Below, in pieces: positions 1-8,465 of a stretch of DNA of 12,575 bases (within the stretch, counting starts at the first letter, position 1; each line of letters opens with the position of its first letter). The notes below the pieces were generated by a model that worked only from the letters and a program-made list of their open reading frames with translations, did no database searches and was not told the DNA's origin. The DNA comes from a virus (lineage: Duplodnaviria > Heunggongvirae > Uroviricota > Caudoviricetes > Crassvirales), in IMG/VR virus record IMGVR_UViG_3300017605_000245, positions 64,001-76,575 of that record. One strand, written 5' to 3'. The translations under genes and the position numbers were made by a program.

Positions 1-1155
1 CTGAATAAATTGTGCATTCTTAGTACCATATTTCTTACTCATAGCATTTGCTCTACGAATAATTTGTTCAATACTATTTAACTGCACATTAACTAATTCT
101 TTTAGCTTTTCATCTAAAGTCGAACCTTCAGGACCTTGAACCTTATTAAAGAACTCGTTACTTAATTTACTATATCTAGGGTCATAACTTAAAGTACCTT
201 TCCATTGAGATTTATTACGTGTACCAAATTCGTCTACGGTTTCAAATAAAAGGCTAGAATTAATAAGTTCGTTATTCAATATATTCTTAGACATTCCAAA
301 TAGTCTTCTTACTGCATCTACAAATTGATTCCACCAAGACTTTTCAATAGATTGAATCTCTGCTCTGAATTCAGGATTGGAGAATATCTCTGCAATAAAC
401 TCAGCTTGATTAGTAAATCCATAAGATAGATTACCGTCACTATCTCGTTTAGTAGCTAAGAATTTATATTGTTCATAACCTTGGTCAATAATTCTCTTAA
501 ATTCTTTCTCCTCAGGTGTTCTAGGTGCAAAGTAAGCTTGTACTGTGGTACTGTGAACAACCTCGTGAATAAAACTCGAAGCTATAGTTTGACTATCAAA
601 ATTTTCTAACGCTGTATCTGTTACATAAATTGTATTAGTAACTGAATCATACATCATAACAGATTTGTTATCAAATTTATTATAGACTGTAGGATTTGAT
701 TTAGCTGTAACTAACTTAACAGTTGCACCAGACTTACCTAACAACGCTGTAGCTTTATTTAAGAAGAATTCTACATGTTCTGAACTGTGGAATACATCAC
801 TACCAATTAAGTTGTTTAAAACGTCTGTAGGAGATATTGTAGTAACTTCATTATTACCAAACAATACTTCTCTATTTTTATTGTTAACAAATTGATTTAC
901 TTTAGCTTTTTCACCAACAGTAGTTAAAAATAAATCGTCAGCTTTCTCAGAAGTAACTCCTGAGAAGTCTACAGCTTCATCAACAACTTCTTCAACTTTT
1001 GTTTCAGTTAATTCTAAATCAGTAACAGCGGGAAAACTTTCCACACCATTCTGTTCTTGCCATTTAGCAACTTTCAATTCTAACAAGAATGAAGGAAGCT
1101 TACTAGCTTCCAACAATTCTTGAAATTCATTTGATTTTATGTTAATACAATTCAT
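1..1155 (-). CDS. Large virion-associated protein with N-terminal zincin-like metalloprotease domain (partial, 3' end beyond window)
   Basis: Translated by hand: ATG at 1155 (first ATG after an in-frame TAA at 1165-1167), open for 385 codons to base 1 with no stop, so absent from the ORF track. Sequence: MNCINIKSNEFQELLEASKLPSFLLELKVAKWQEQNGVESFP...SSFIHEVVHSTTVQAY...YGFTNQAEFIAEIFSNPEFRAEIQSIEKSWWNQFVDAVRRLFG...KYGTKNAQFIQ. A/T-ending codon bias matches the neighbours. Confidence 0.93.
   Translation of the reverse strand, partial: MNCINIKSNEFQELLEASKLPSFLLELKVAKWQEQNGVESFPAVTDLELTETKVEEVVDEAVDFSGVTSEKADDLFLTTVGEKAKVNQFVNNKNREVLFGNNEVTTISPTDVLNNLIGSDVFHSSEHVEFFLNKATALLGKSGATVKLVTAKSNPTVYNKFDNKSVMMYDSVTNTIYVTDTALENFDSQTIASSFIHEVVHSTTVQAYFAPRTPEEKEFKRIIDQGYEQYKFLATKRDSDGNLSYGFTNQAEFIAEIFSNPEFRAEIQSIEKSWWNQFVDAVRRLFGMSKNILNNELINSSLLFETVDEFGTRNKSQWKGTLSYDPRYSKLSNEFFNKVQGPEGSTLDEKLKELVNVQLNSIEQIIRRANAMSKKYGTKNAQFIQ
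367..567 (-). other. Zincin active-site motifs: HEVVH (553-567, H197-E198-H201) and downstream EFIAEIFSNPEF (367-402)
   Basis: HExxH zinc-binding motif preceded by a beta-strand stretch (MMYDSVTNTIYVTD) and followed about 50 aa later by an ExxAE helix (E252/E256) that typically supplies the third ligand in zincin/gluzincin-like domains of phage polyvalent proteins. Confidence 0.85.
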
Positions 1156-1169
1156 AATTAACCTTTACA
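1147..1169 (-). promoter_or_regulatory. Gene junction B: stop-start spacer TAA-TT-ATG (probable translational coupling)
   Basis: Minus strand reads AAA TGT AAA GGT TAA TT ATG AAT TGT ATT: 2-nt gap, A at -3, only a weak AAGG upstream. Confidence 0.55.
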
Positions 1170-4100
1170 TTTTTTTAAATATTCTATTAATTCCTCACTT
1201 GTCATATCTTTCAATGCTTGTTGAAGGAATCCTTTAGTTACACCATCAGCATAAAGTTCTTCTTTATGCTCTTTATAATAAGTTTCTAACTCTTCAGTAA
1301 AATCATTAAATTCTTTATATTCAACCACTTCCTCTTTAACTTTTAAATCATTCTCTTCCATAATTTGCTCAATCAATCTATTTTTCTGAGTTACTGTTGA
1401 ATTGTCTTTACTATCAAACGACTTTTTACCTGTAGCTAAAGAATAAATATTTTCATTAGCCGTTACTATATAATCAGTACCGTTAAAATCTGTAGTAGTA
1501 TAATAACCTATAGGTGTTAGTTTATCTAACTTAGGTGTACCACTAAATTTCTCACCTGCAATATTTATTAACTGTGCACCACCATTATCTGTAATATTCC
1601 AAACAATCCATGTGTTGTCTTTATATTTAACAACCGAACCTTTAGCTACTTCATGTGTAGTATCTTTAACAAATAATTGTTTAAGTAAATCTTTCTTAGA
1701 TTCTACAGATTTTGTTTCAACTTTAGTTTCAGGTTTTGTAAACACACCTTCGATTACAGGAGGAGTCGATGATAAATTAGTCAAAGGTTCTTTAACTACA
1801 ACATCTTCTTGTGTAAAATCATCTTCTTGTTGTGTAACCTCAGTTTCATCAAAAGGATATTGATAGATTTCATCTAAACCTGCTTTCATTATAGGAGAAA
1901 TTGTTTTGTCTACAGGAAGTATTACATTACGGGTATTGTACTCATTAATTGTAACACCTCTATCTTTCTCTGAAGCAATCGGTTTGATTTTAGCGTAACC
2001 ACCTTCAACAGGAATATATTGTGTATACATATTTTCAAATTCACCTTTAACCTGTCTAGAACCTAATCTTCTATAGAACTCACCTTTAACATTAATAAAT
2101 TCTTTAGTCACCTTAGCATTAAATAATGTAACACCGTCTTTAGAATAAGGCTGACCTTTCATCTTCATTGTTGGACTTACATATTTAACATATCTACTAT
2201 CATTTAAACTTGAAAGATAGAAATGGTCAATAAAGTTTTTATCTACCTCATTAGGGTACTTCGTAAATTCTTTCACATAACCATTAAAGTTATTCTGTAA
2301 GAAGAAACTTGGTGGTATGAATTGGAAGAAACTTGTTGTAGTATTATTAAACCCAGATGTTAAGAATGAATATTTAACTAAATCATTTCCAAATTCAGGA
2401 TAGTATTTAATTAAATCTCTCCAAGAGTTAATCATATTATCAGTGTATTCCTTAGAGTTAGTCTTATTATTTAGAATTAAATAAGACCTTTCTGCAGTTT
2501 TCTTAATAAACAATTCGTCTACAATCTGATATTTACCAGCATACTGATTCTTAAAGTCTATAAATTTATTAGGGAATTCTTCAATCAATCTATTTCTCTC
2601 TTCAGGAGACATATTAAAAGGCTCAAATCCTGACATTAAATAAGTGTTAAACGTTTTATCTAATTTATCACCTAAACCATCTTGAGCATCATCTTCTAGA
2701 TTTACACCATAAACCTGTTTAGAAATCTGATTGTAAGAGTTCCATACGAAAGGAGTTGATGACACAAACAATAGAGGATTACTTTGAACAATCTGCTGAG
2801 TGTTTAATAAATTATACTGATACTGATATGTTAATAGTTTTGGTGAACCATCTTCATATTTCATTTTAGTATCATAATTAAGAACACCTTTATTTTGAAT
2901 ATTCTGAATCTTATTGATAGCAATCAATAGTTGAGTAGTATTTTTACCCATACCATTAACACTATGTTTAGATGCATCTACACTTGATTTTAATTTCTTA
3001 GCATAACCTTGGAAGGTTAAGAAAGTATTAAAAGTATTAGCTTGGAAGTGTAAGTTAGATTTAAATACATTCTCTCTTAATTCACCTAATGGTTTATTAA
3101 TAATAAAACTCTCTACACCAAAATCATTTTTGAAGAAGATTGAGTGGTTTTTAACAATATTCTTAGCGGATTCTTCAATTCTTGCAATATCTGCTTCTGT
3201 AAGTTCATACTTCTCAGGAATACCTACTTTCTCTTTAATTGTCTGTAAGTTACGAGGTGCTATAAAATCTTTAGTGTTCAACATATCTAAGTTGTACTTA
3301 TATAATGTTGTCAACTCATATAGTGTTCTAGCATTCATTTCAATCTGTTCACCATTCTCTAATGTAGTAATGTGAACTAAATCAGTTTTAATTAATTCAC
3401 CTACTTTATAAATTCTAAAAGCATCTTTACTATTTGAAACTTGGGCAGACTTATCTTTGTTTTCATACTGACCAATAAAGTCAATGTATTCACTAATGAT
3501 AGGTTGTGCTAATGTTGACATTACTATGAAAGGATGTACACCTGCACGAAGCATCATGTTACCTGTATTAGTAGTCATCATATTCCAGTTTACATTTGTA
3601 ATATAAGGATCTTTAGCAATATCCACAAATGCATTCATTAATGCTGAAATATTATCTGAAATTGCAAAAGATTTATATGCTTTTACATCTTCATAAGACA
3701 ATTTCTTTTTAGCTCTCTTATTGTAAGAGTCTAACCACGCTTTTAATTCTGCATCTGAAATATCCTGTGAACGAATTTTATCAAATTTAGTATGGTCAGC
3801 AATTGTTGTATAATCTTCACCAGACTTATTAGTTCGTGTAACTTCTAAAGAAGCTCCAGAATGTGAACGTTCACCTAGATAAACATCTGATAAATATATA
3901 TCTGACATTGTACCCATCGCATAGTCAGAAGAAGTATTAGCTTCCTGTCCTACACCTGCAAGACCTGCTAAAAATGAATATTTAGTTACGATATCTTGTA
4001 CAAATTCATAATTATCTAAATCAGACTTCTCTTTAGCAGGAGCTAAATTTTGAGCTTCCATCTTAATATGAGGGAAGTCTAATGGAGTCATAATCTTAGT

Positions 4101-7100
4101 AATATTACTTTGATGTAAAATTAATGATTTATATAACTCAATTACTTTATTTTGAACAGCTTCTTTAGAATTACCTTCAGCAGACGTATAAACTAATTTA
4201 CCTTCCTTCTCTTTATAGTTAGGAAACATAATATACATCTTATCAATGTCAAAGTCACTACCTGTCTTCTTAGTGATACCTGTAAATGCTACAATAGTAT
4301 CTCCCATACCTGCAGGTAATATACCTACTACTCTCATAGCACCATTTGAAGAAGGTCCCTGATTTGGAATACGATATCCAATTATATTTTCTAGAATTTT
4401 ATTATCAATTAATCCTCCTTCCATTTGATTGGTTTCAGGATTTAATTTACCAAATAATTCTTCAGAAGTTCTAGATTCATAATCAGGAATATACTTAGCT
4501 ATAAATGACCCAGAAATCAATATTTCTTCAGGAGAGATAATATCTTCACCGAACATATTTTTAGCTCTTGTACCGTCTGCATTTAGTTTAAAAGTATAAG
4601 GTTTAGTTGTACCACCTAACTCTACAGTAGGTGACCATTTGATATTAATGTTGTCAGAATCAGCTTCTTCTTTAGATAAACCAAAGTTAGACATTTGAAT
4701 AAATGAACCACCATTAGTTTTAATCTTAACAGTTCTATCATTTACAATAGATGCAAAGATATTATCTAGTTTAGATTTCAAACCTGGTACAGCATAAATA
4801 GATAACTTAGCTCGTAATGCTTTAATGATTTCAGTACTAGCATCTCTCGATACTAATTCATCAGCTAAAGTATTATAGAATTTATCTATATTATTAATAG
4901 TACCGTCTTGAGCAATATCAAATTCTTTTACTAAATCATTGTAACCATTAATAACTAATTGTCCTAATGTACTATCTAATTCTTTAGCAAATTCTTCTGC
5001 GGTATATTGTGTATCACCATATGTGAAAATCTTCTCATTAGAACCTAACTTATCTGAGATAAGTAGTAACATGTTCTTTAAAATCTGAGAACCAATATCG
5101 GTTTCCTTATAACCTTTTACAGGTAAATCCTGTTGTAACTTCCAACCTATTGAACTTAAGGTCATTACATTTAAAGGTTTAAATTTACCGTCAGCATCTT
5201 TAACTTCAACACCACTTACATCATTATGAATTTTAGTAGGAACTACTGCTCCTGCTTTAATTGCATCAAATGTTAAAAGTTCATCAACTTCATGATTTTC
5301 CATAAAGTCAAAGATGTCTTTCAATTTAGTGTTGTTACGTAACTGAGGTAATAATACAGCCTGTGAATACTTTAAATAAATAGGAGCACCAACAGCATCT
5401 CTACCGAAGTAAACACCTTTAAGAGGTTGTGCTACTAATTTTAATTCGTCAGGTGTTAACGCCTCTTTATTCTTACCAGTTAACTTATTATAAACAGCTT
5501 CATGTTTAGTTGTATACTTCCCAACACCTAGATAAATAGATTTCCATCTCTTAGGTGTAATCCAAGCCTGAGCATCAGCAGCATTGATGTCATCTTTCTC
5601 CCATTCTTTTACAAGTTCAGGGTCAGATTTAATTACTTCTTTTAGTTCTGCTAAATAAGGTTCTCTAACTTCAACACTTTCTACAATACCAATCTTAAAG
5701 TCTTTATTAACATCACTTAGATATTCGTAGATACCGTCAGTATAAGAAGCTCCAATACGTTTAATATAATCTACAGAGTCTTTATAGTAAGCAACATCAC
5801 CTGAGAATACTTTAGAATATTCAATATGGTTAACTAAACCGTTTAACCATATATCTCCTAGCATCTTAAATAACTGCTTATCATTTAAAGCAAAGTTATC
5901 ACCACTATATTTTTTCCATATCTTAGAATCAATACCTTTACTAATGTAAGAGTTTTGACCTGAACGTTCAATTACATTATACTTAATTAAATCATTCTTT
6001 AAATCTTCAACGTGGTCTAATACCTTTTGTTCAATAAAAGCAAGTATATCATTTTTATAGAACCCAATATTTTCAGTAACAATACTACCATCTGTGTTGT
6101 ATAGAGGCTTACCATCGTATACTTTAAGTGTAGATTTGATTTTATCAAAACTTAAACTTGGAAACAATTGTGATTTAAACGCGTTACCTACAAGTTGACC
6201 ATCTTTATTAACAGTATTACCTTTTTTATCAGTATGATAATATACTTTAAGGTCTTTACCTTTCTTAACCTTTTCAGACTGTTCAGCCATTCTATTAAAC
6301 TCAGCCATCAAATATTCATTGAATAAAAGATTAACGGTAGTTGAAATCTCAGGTTCTTCATTTACAGTATTGAAACCTGCATCTAAAAATAACTGATGTT
6401 CAATATTATACTGTGTTGATTTACCTGGTGCAGTCGTAGTTCTAGTGTGAGTTGTACCGTCAATATGAAAATGAAGTAATCCATTTACAGTATCTTTAAC
6501 ATATTCATTCTTACTAATGTCTTTATTAGTTTTAGCCTTACCTTTCTTATTATCTTTATCTCTAAAGCTACTAAAATGGTTAATCTGAAACTTAGCGATT
6601 CTATCTTTACTAGTAGTTAATTGCTTATCTTCGTTATTAAGTACATCTAAAGCTAATAAATATTTATATAGAGAAGAGTTCTTCTCATAATCACTTAAAG
6701 TATTATACTCGTCTAAGAGCAACTGTCTGTCTTTCTTCCAAGTATTTATCTTATTGTGTAAATAGGATGGATTAGAATAAAGATAACGAGTCTCTCCTGC
6801 TGTCCATACAGATGATTCAGAACCATCTTCTTTAAAGAAAGCGTCACCTTTAGCTATTTGACGATACCAATAAGTATTTAAGATTGGTCTACCATTATTA
6901 TGGTTCTCAATCATCTTCTCAAAAGTCTTTAATGTGTTATCAATAAAGTTATAATAATTTTGGTCTAACTTAGCATCATCAATTTTATCATTACTAAATT
7001 CATTTAAAGCAATATTAAAAGCTGCTTCATTAATATTAATACCTACAGAAGGTAATAACTTCTCAAGAATATTGTAAGCCTTATCTTTATTAGAATGAGT

Positions 7101-8465
7101 CTTATTAGTTAATAACGTCTTAAGTTTAGCAACAACTTCATTTCTTTCTTGAAGTTTATCCTTAGTTAGAATACCTTTATTATTAGAATCAAATCCAAAA
7201 TGTTCTTCTAACTGATATTCCCAATTATTAAGAATACTTGTTTCAGCTTTAGTATCTTTAGAAGCATCTCCTTTATTATAATTATATTCCTTACCTGTAA
7301 TAGCTTCTTTAATAACTACGTTTACAATAGCTCCATTTGCAAGAGTCTTCTTTTCGGTAACAGCAGGAACTACAACTACTTCTTTAGAATCAACATCTGC
7401 ATATTCATAGTTATTCTTCTGAAGATTCATTACATTAACAAAACCTGCTTTAAAGTTTAAAACATTAATACCTTCGATAGTATTAGTCTTAGTTGGTAGT
7501 CTGTTAATCTTCTCTAAATATTCTACAACATTATTTAAATATTTAATATTATCAGAATGTTGTTTTAATTTATCAATAATAGTTTCAAATATGTCTTCAA
7601 CTTTACCTTGACTATCAACAGTAACAGGATTATTTTTAAGTAATGCTGTAATCTTATTATAAAGATTATTGTAGTCAATAGATTTAGATTGTCCAAAATC
7701 TTCATCAATATCAGAAGGATTCTTAATTAAAGATAATCTGATTTTTACTGCTGCAGTAACTTTACTTTTAGGATTAACTTTAAATGATGCTTGACCAAAT
7801 ACAGGATCACGTTGTTCCTGAGTGTCAGGGTCAACATCTTCTTGGTTATATTCCTCATTGTAAGCAATGTTTCTAGCTTTATAGAAGTCTTTAATCTTAG
7901 ATATCATCTCATCTAACGCTTTCTCATCATCTAAGATTTGAAATAAGGCACCTCCATTGTTTGCAAGGGTATCGCTATCGCTCATCATTAATTCAGAACC
8001 TAGCTCGTCTAAATGAGTCACAATAGATTCCTTTAGACTTTGTTTAGATGAGTTGTCTGACATATCTAAAGTATCAAAATCTAAATTAAAACCACCTTTT
8101 TCAATGTAGTTATTCGCTAATATCTCTACTAGCGAACTAACTGCACGTTGTGATTGTAAAATATTATAAAGATATGGTTCTACAACATCTTCATACTGTC
8201 TTTGATATTGAGCATCTAGATAATACATTCCTGTATTGTCTTCAAATAGTTCAGGTTCAAACTTATCGTTCACTCTCCCACTAAATTGTGGGGGAATGAA
8301 GTCTAATTGCTGTTCCATTAATGATTCATAATCACCAAATTCTTTCTTAAAAGTTTCAGATTGAAACATTACCATTTTCTTATCAGCTAAATCTTTACCA
8401 AATTTATCAATAAGTTTTTTATGTAATGTAGATTCTAAACCATTTCTTAATATAATACAGTCCAT
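1158..8465 (-). CDS. Virion-packaged DNA-dependent RNA polymerase, single-chain two-barrel (crAss-like phage vRNAP, phi14:2 gp66-like), 2435 aa
   Basis: Complete ORF from ATG 8465 (first start after in-frame TAA at 8487-8489) to TAA 1158-1160. Carries GSDFDIDKMY (D1404/D1406/D1408), YRIPNQG (R1365), ADAQAWITP (D964), PLKG and LKYS lysines (K1016, K1032) and AFVDIAKDP, in the order expected for fused beta/beta'-like DPBB barrels. Confidence 0.93.
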   Translation of the reverse strand: MDCIILRNGLESTLHKKLIDKFGKDLADKKMVMFQSETFKKEFGDYESLMEQQLDFIPPQFSGRVNDKFEPELFEDNTGMYYLDAQYQRQYEDVVEPYLYNILQSQRAVSSLVEILANNYIEKGGFNLDFDTLDMSDNSSKQSLKESIVTHLDELGSELMMSDSDTLANNGGALFQILDDEKALDEMISKIKDFYKARNIAYNEEYNQEDVDPDTQEQRDPVFGQASFKVNPKSKVTAAVKIRLSLIKNPSDIDEDFGQSKSIDYNNLYNKITALLKNNPVTVDSQGKVEDIFETIIDKLKQHSDNIKYLNNVVEYLEKINRLPTKTNTIEGINVLNFKAGFVNVMNLQKNNYEYADVDSKEVVVVPAVTEKKTLANGAIVNVVIKEAITGKEYNYNKGDASKDTKAETSILNNWEYQLEEHFGFDSNNKGILTKDKLQERNEVVAKLKTLLTNKTHSNKDKAYNILEKLLPSVGININEAAFNIALNEFSNDKIDDAKLDQNYYNFIDNTLKTFEKMIENHNNGRPILNTYWYRQIAKGDAFFKEDGSESSVWTAGETRYLYSNPSYLHNKINTWKKDRQLLLDEYNTLSDYEKNSSLYKYLLALDVLNNEDKQLTTSKDRIAKFQINHFSSFRDKDNKKGKAKTNKDISKNEYVKDTVNGLLHFHIDGTTHTRTTTAPGKSTQYNIEHQLFLDAGFNTVNEEPEISTTVNLLFNEYLMAEFNRMAEQSEKVKKGKDLKVYYHTDKKGNTVNKDGQLVGNAFKSQLFPSLSFDKIKSTLKVYDGKPLYNTDGSIVTENIGFYKNDILAFIEQKVLDHVEDLKNDLIKYNVIERSGQNSYISKGIDSKIWKKYSGDNFALNDKQLFKMLGDIWLNGLVNHIEYSKVFSGDVAYYKDSVDYIKRIGASYTDGIYEYLSDVNKDFKIGIVESVEVREPYLAELKEVIKSDPELVKEWEKDDINAADAQAWITPKRWKSIYLGVGKYTTKHEAVYNKLTGKNKEALTPDELKLVAQPLKGVYFGRDAVGAPIYLKYSQAVLLPQLRNNTKLKDIFDFMENHEVDELLTFDAIKAGAVVPTKIHNDVSGVEVKDADGKFKPLNVMTLSSIGWKLQQDLPVKGYKETDIGSQILKNMLLLISDKLGSNEKIFTYGDTQYTAEEFAKELDSTLGQLVINGYNDLVKEFDIAQDGTINNIDKFYNTLADELVSRDASTEIIKALRAKLSIYAVPGLKSKLDNIFASIVNDRTVKIKTNGGSFIQMSNFGLSKEEADSDNINIKWSPTVELGGTTKPYTFKLNADGTRAKNMFGEDIISPEEILISGSFIAKYIPDYESRTSEELFGKLNPETNQMEGGLIDNKILENIIGYRIPNQGPSSNGAMRVVGILPAGMGDTIVAFTGITKKTGSDFDIDKMYIMFPNYKEKEGKLVYTSAEGNSKEAVQNKVIELYKSLILHQSNITKIMTPLDFPHIKMEAQNLAPAKEKSDLDNYEFVQDIVTKYSFLAGLAGVGQEANTSSDYAMGTMSDIYLSDVYLGERSHSGASLEVTRTNKSGEDYTTIADHTKFDKIRSQDISDAELKAWLDSYNKRAKKKLSYEDVKAYKSFAISDNISALMNAFVDIAKDPYITNVNWNMMTTNTGNMMLRAGVHPFIVMSTLAQPIISEYIDFIGQYENKDKSAQVSNSKDAFRIYKVGELIKTDLVHITTLENGEQIEMNARTLYELTTLYKYNLDMLNTKDFIAPRNLQTIKEKVGIPEKYELTEADIARIEESAKNIVKNHSIFFKNDFGVESFIINKPLGELRENVFKSNLHFQANTFNTFLTFQGYAKKLKSSVDASKHSVNGMGKNTTQLLIAINKIQNIQNKGVLNYDTKMKYEDGSPKLLTYQYQYNLLNTQQIVQSNPLLFVSSTPFVWNSYNQISKQVYGVNLEDDAQDGLGDKLDKTFNTYLMSGFEPFNMSPEERNRLIEEFPNKFIDFKNQYAGKYQIVDELFIKKTAERSYLILNNKTNSKEYTDNMINSWRDLIKYYPEFGNDLVKYSFLTSGFNNTTTSFFQFIPPSFFLQNNFNGYVKEFTKYPNEVDKNFIDHFYLSSLNDSRYVKYVSPTMKMKGQPYSKDGVTLFNAKVTKEFINVKGEFYRRLGSRQVKGEFENMYTQYIPVEGGYAKIKPIASEKDRGVTINEYNTRNVILPVDKTISPIMKAGLDEIYQYPFDETEVTQQEDDFTQEDVVVKEPLTNLSSTPPVIEGVFTKPETKVETKSVESKKDLLKQLFVKDTTHEVAKGSVVKYKDNTWIVWNITDNGGAQLINIAGEKFSGTPKLDKLTPIGYYTTTDFNGTDYIVTANENIYSLATGKKSFDSKDNSTVTQKNRLIEQIMEENDLKVKEEVVEYKEFNDFTEELETYYKEHKEELYADGVTKGFLQQALKDMTSEELIEYLKKCKG
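3606..3662 (-). other. Probable bridge helix region of RNAP (ISDNISALMNAFVDIAKDP)
   Basis: Amphipathic helix ending in VDxAK about 200 aa after DFDID, resembling the AVDxxK bridge-helix motif of single-chain two-barrel polymerases (eukaryotic RNAi RdRPs, phage vRNAPs). Confidence 0.6.
4242..4256 (-). other. RNAP catalytic Mg2+-binding loop DFDID
   Basis: Minus-strand GAC TTT GAC ATT GAT = DFDID, the DxDxD motif of two-barrel polymerases. The DFDID variant (rather than cellular NADFDGD) is the one described for crAss-like vRNAP. The conserved R-x-P motif (RIP, 4365-4373) lies 39 residues upstream. Confidence 0.92.
5364..5576 (-). other. Probable second (beta-like) DPBB barrel motifs of the RNAP: D964 (DAQAWITP), K1016 (PLKG), K1032 (LKYS)
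   Basis: An acidic residue followed by two lysines, upstream of the DxDxD barrel, as in two-barrel polymerases. Assigned by motif order and recall of the family, not by alignment. Confidence 0.6.

Noticed and set aside
1165-1179. T TTA AAA / A AAA AAA slippery heptamer at the RNAP end that could -1 frameshift into gene C to make a fusion
   Set aside because: The -1 frame reads ATG TAA (stop at 1165-1167) immediately after the slip site, so no fusion is possible from this site.
1638-1655. HEVAK (and HEAVY, HEVDE, HEAFV elsewhere) as further zincin motifs
   Set aside because: They lack the second histidine of HExxH.
1612-1863. 83-aa plus-strand ORF
   Set aside because: Antisense shadow of the RNAP acidic linker. 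Ser/Thr/Cys-rich, with no motif and no expression signal.
3130-3375. 81-aa plus-strand ORF
   Set aside because: Entirely antisense to the RNAP. Its composition (S/F/I/L-rich) is typical of the reverse complement of a K/E/N-rich gene.
8457-8465. N-terminal Cys as a lipoprotein lipidation site (also 1147-1155)
   Set aside because: Cys is at residue 3 with no signal peptide or lipobox before it.
1158-8465. Intein, group I intron or homing endonuclease in the RNAP gene (common in some Crassvirales)
   Set aside because: The ORF is uninterrupted, has no internal Cys for a typical intein N-terminus, shows no LAGLIDADG or HNH motif, and motif spacing looks compact.
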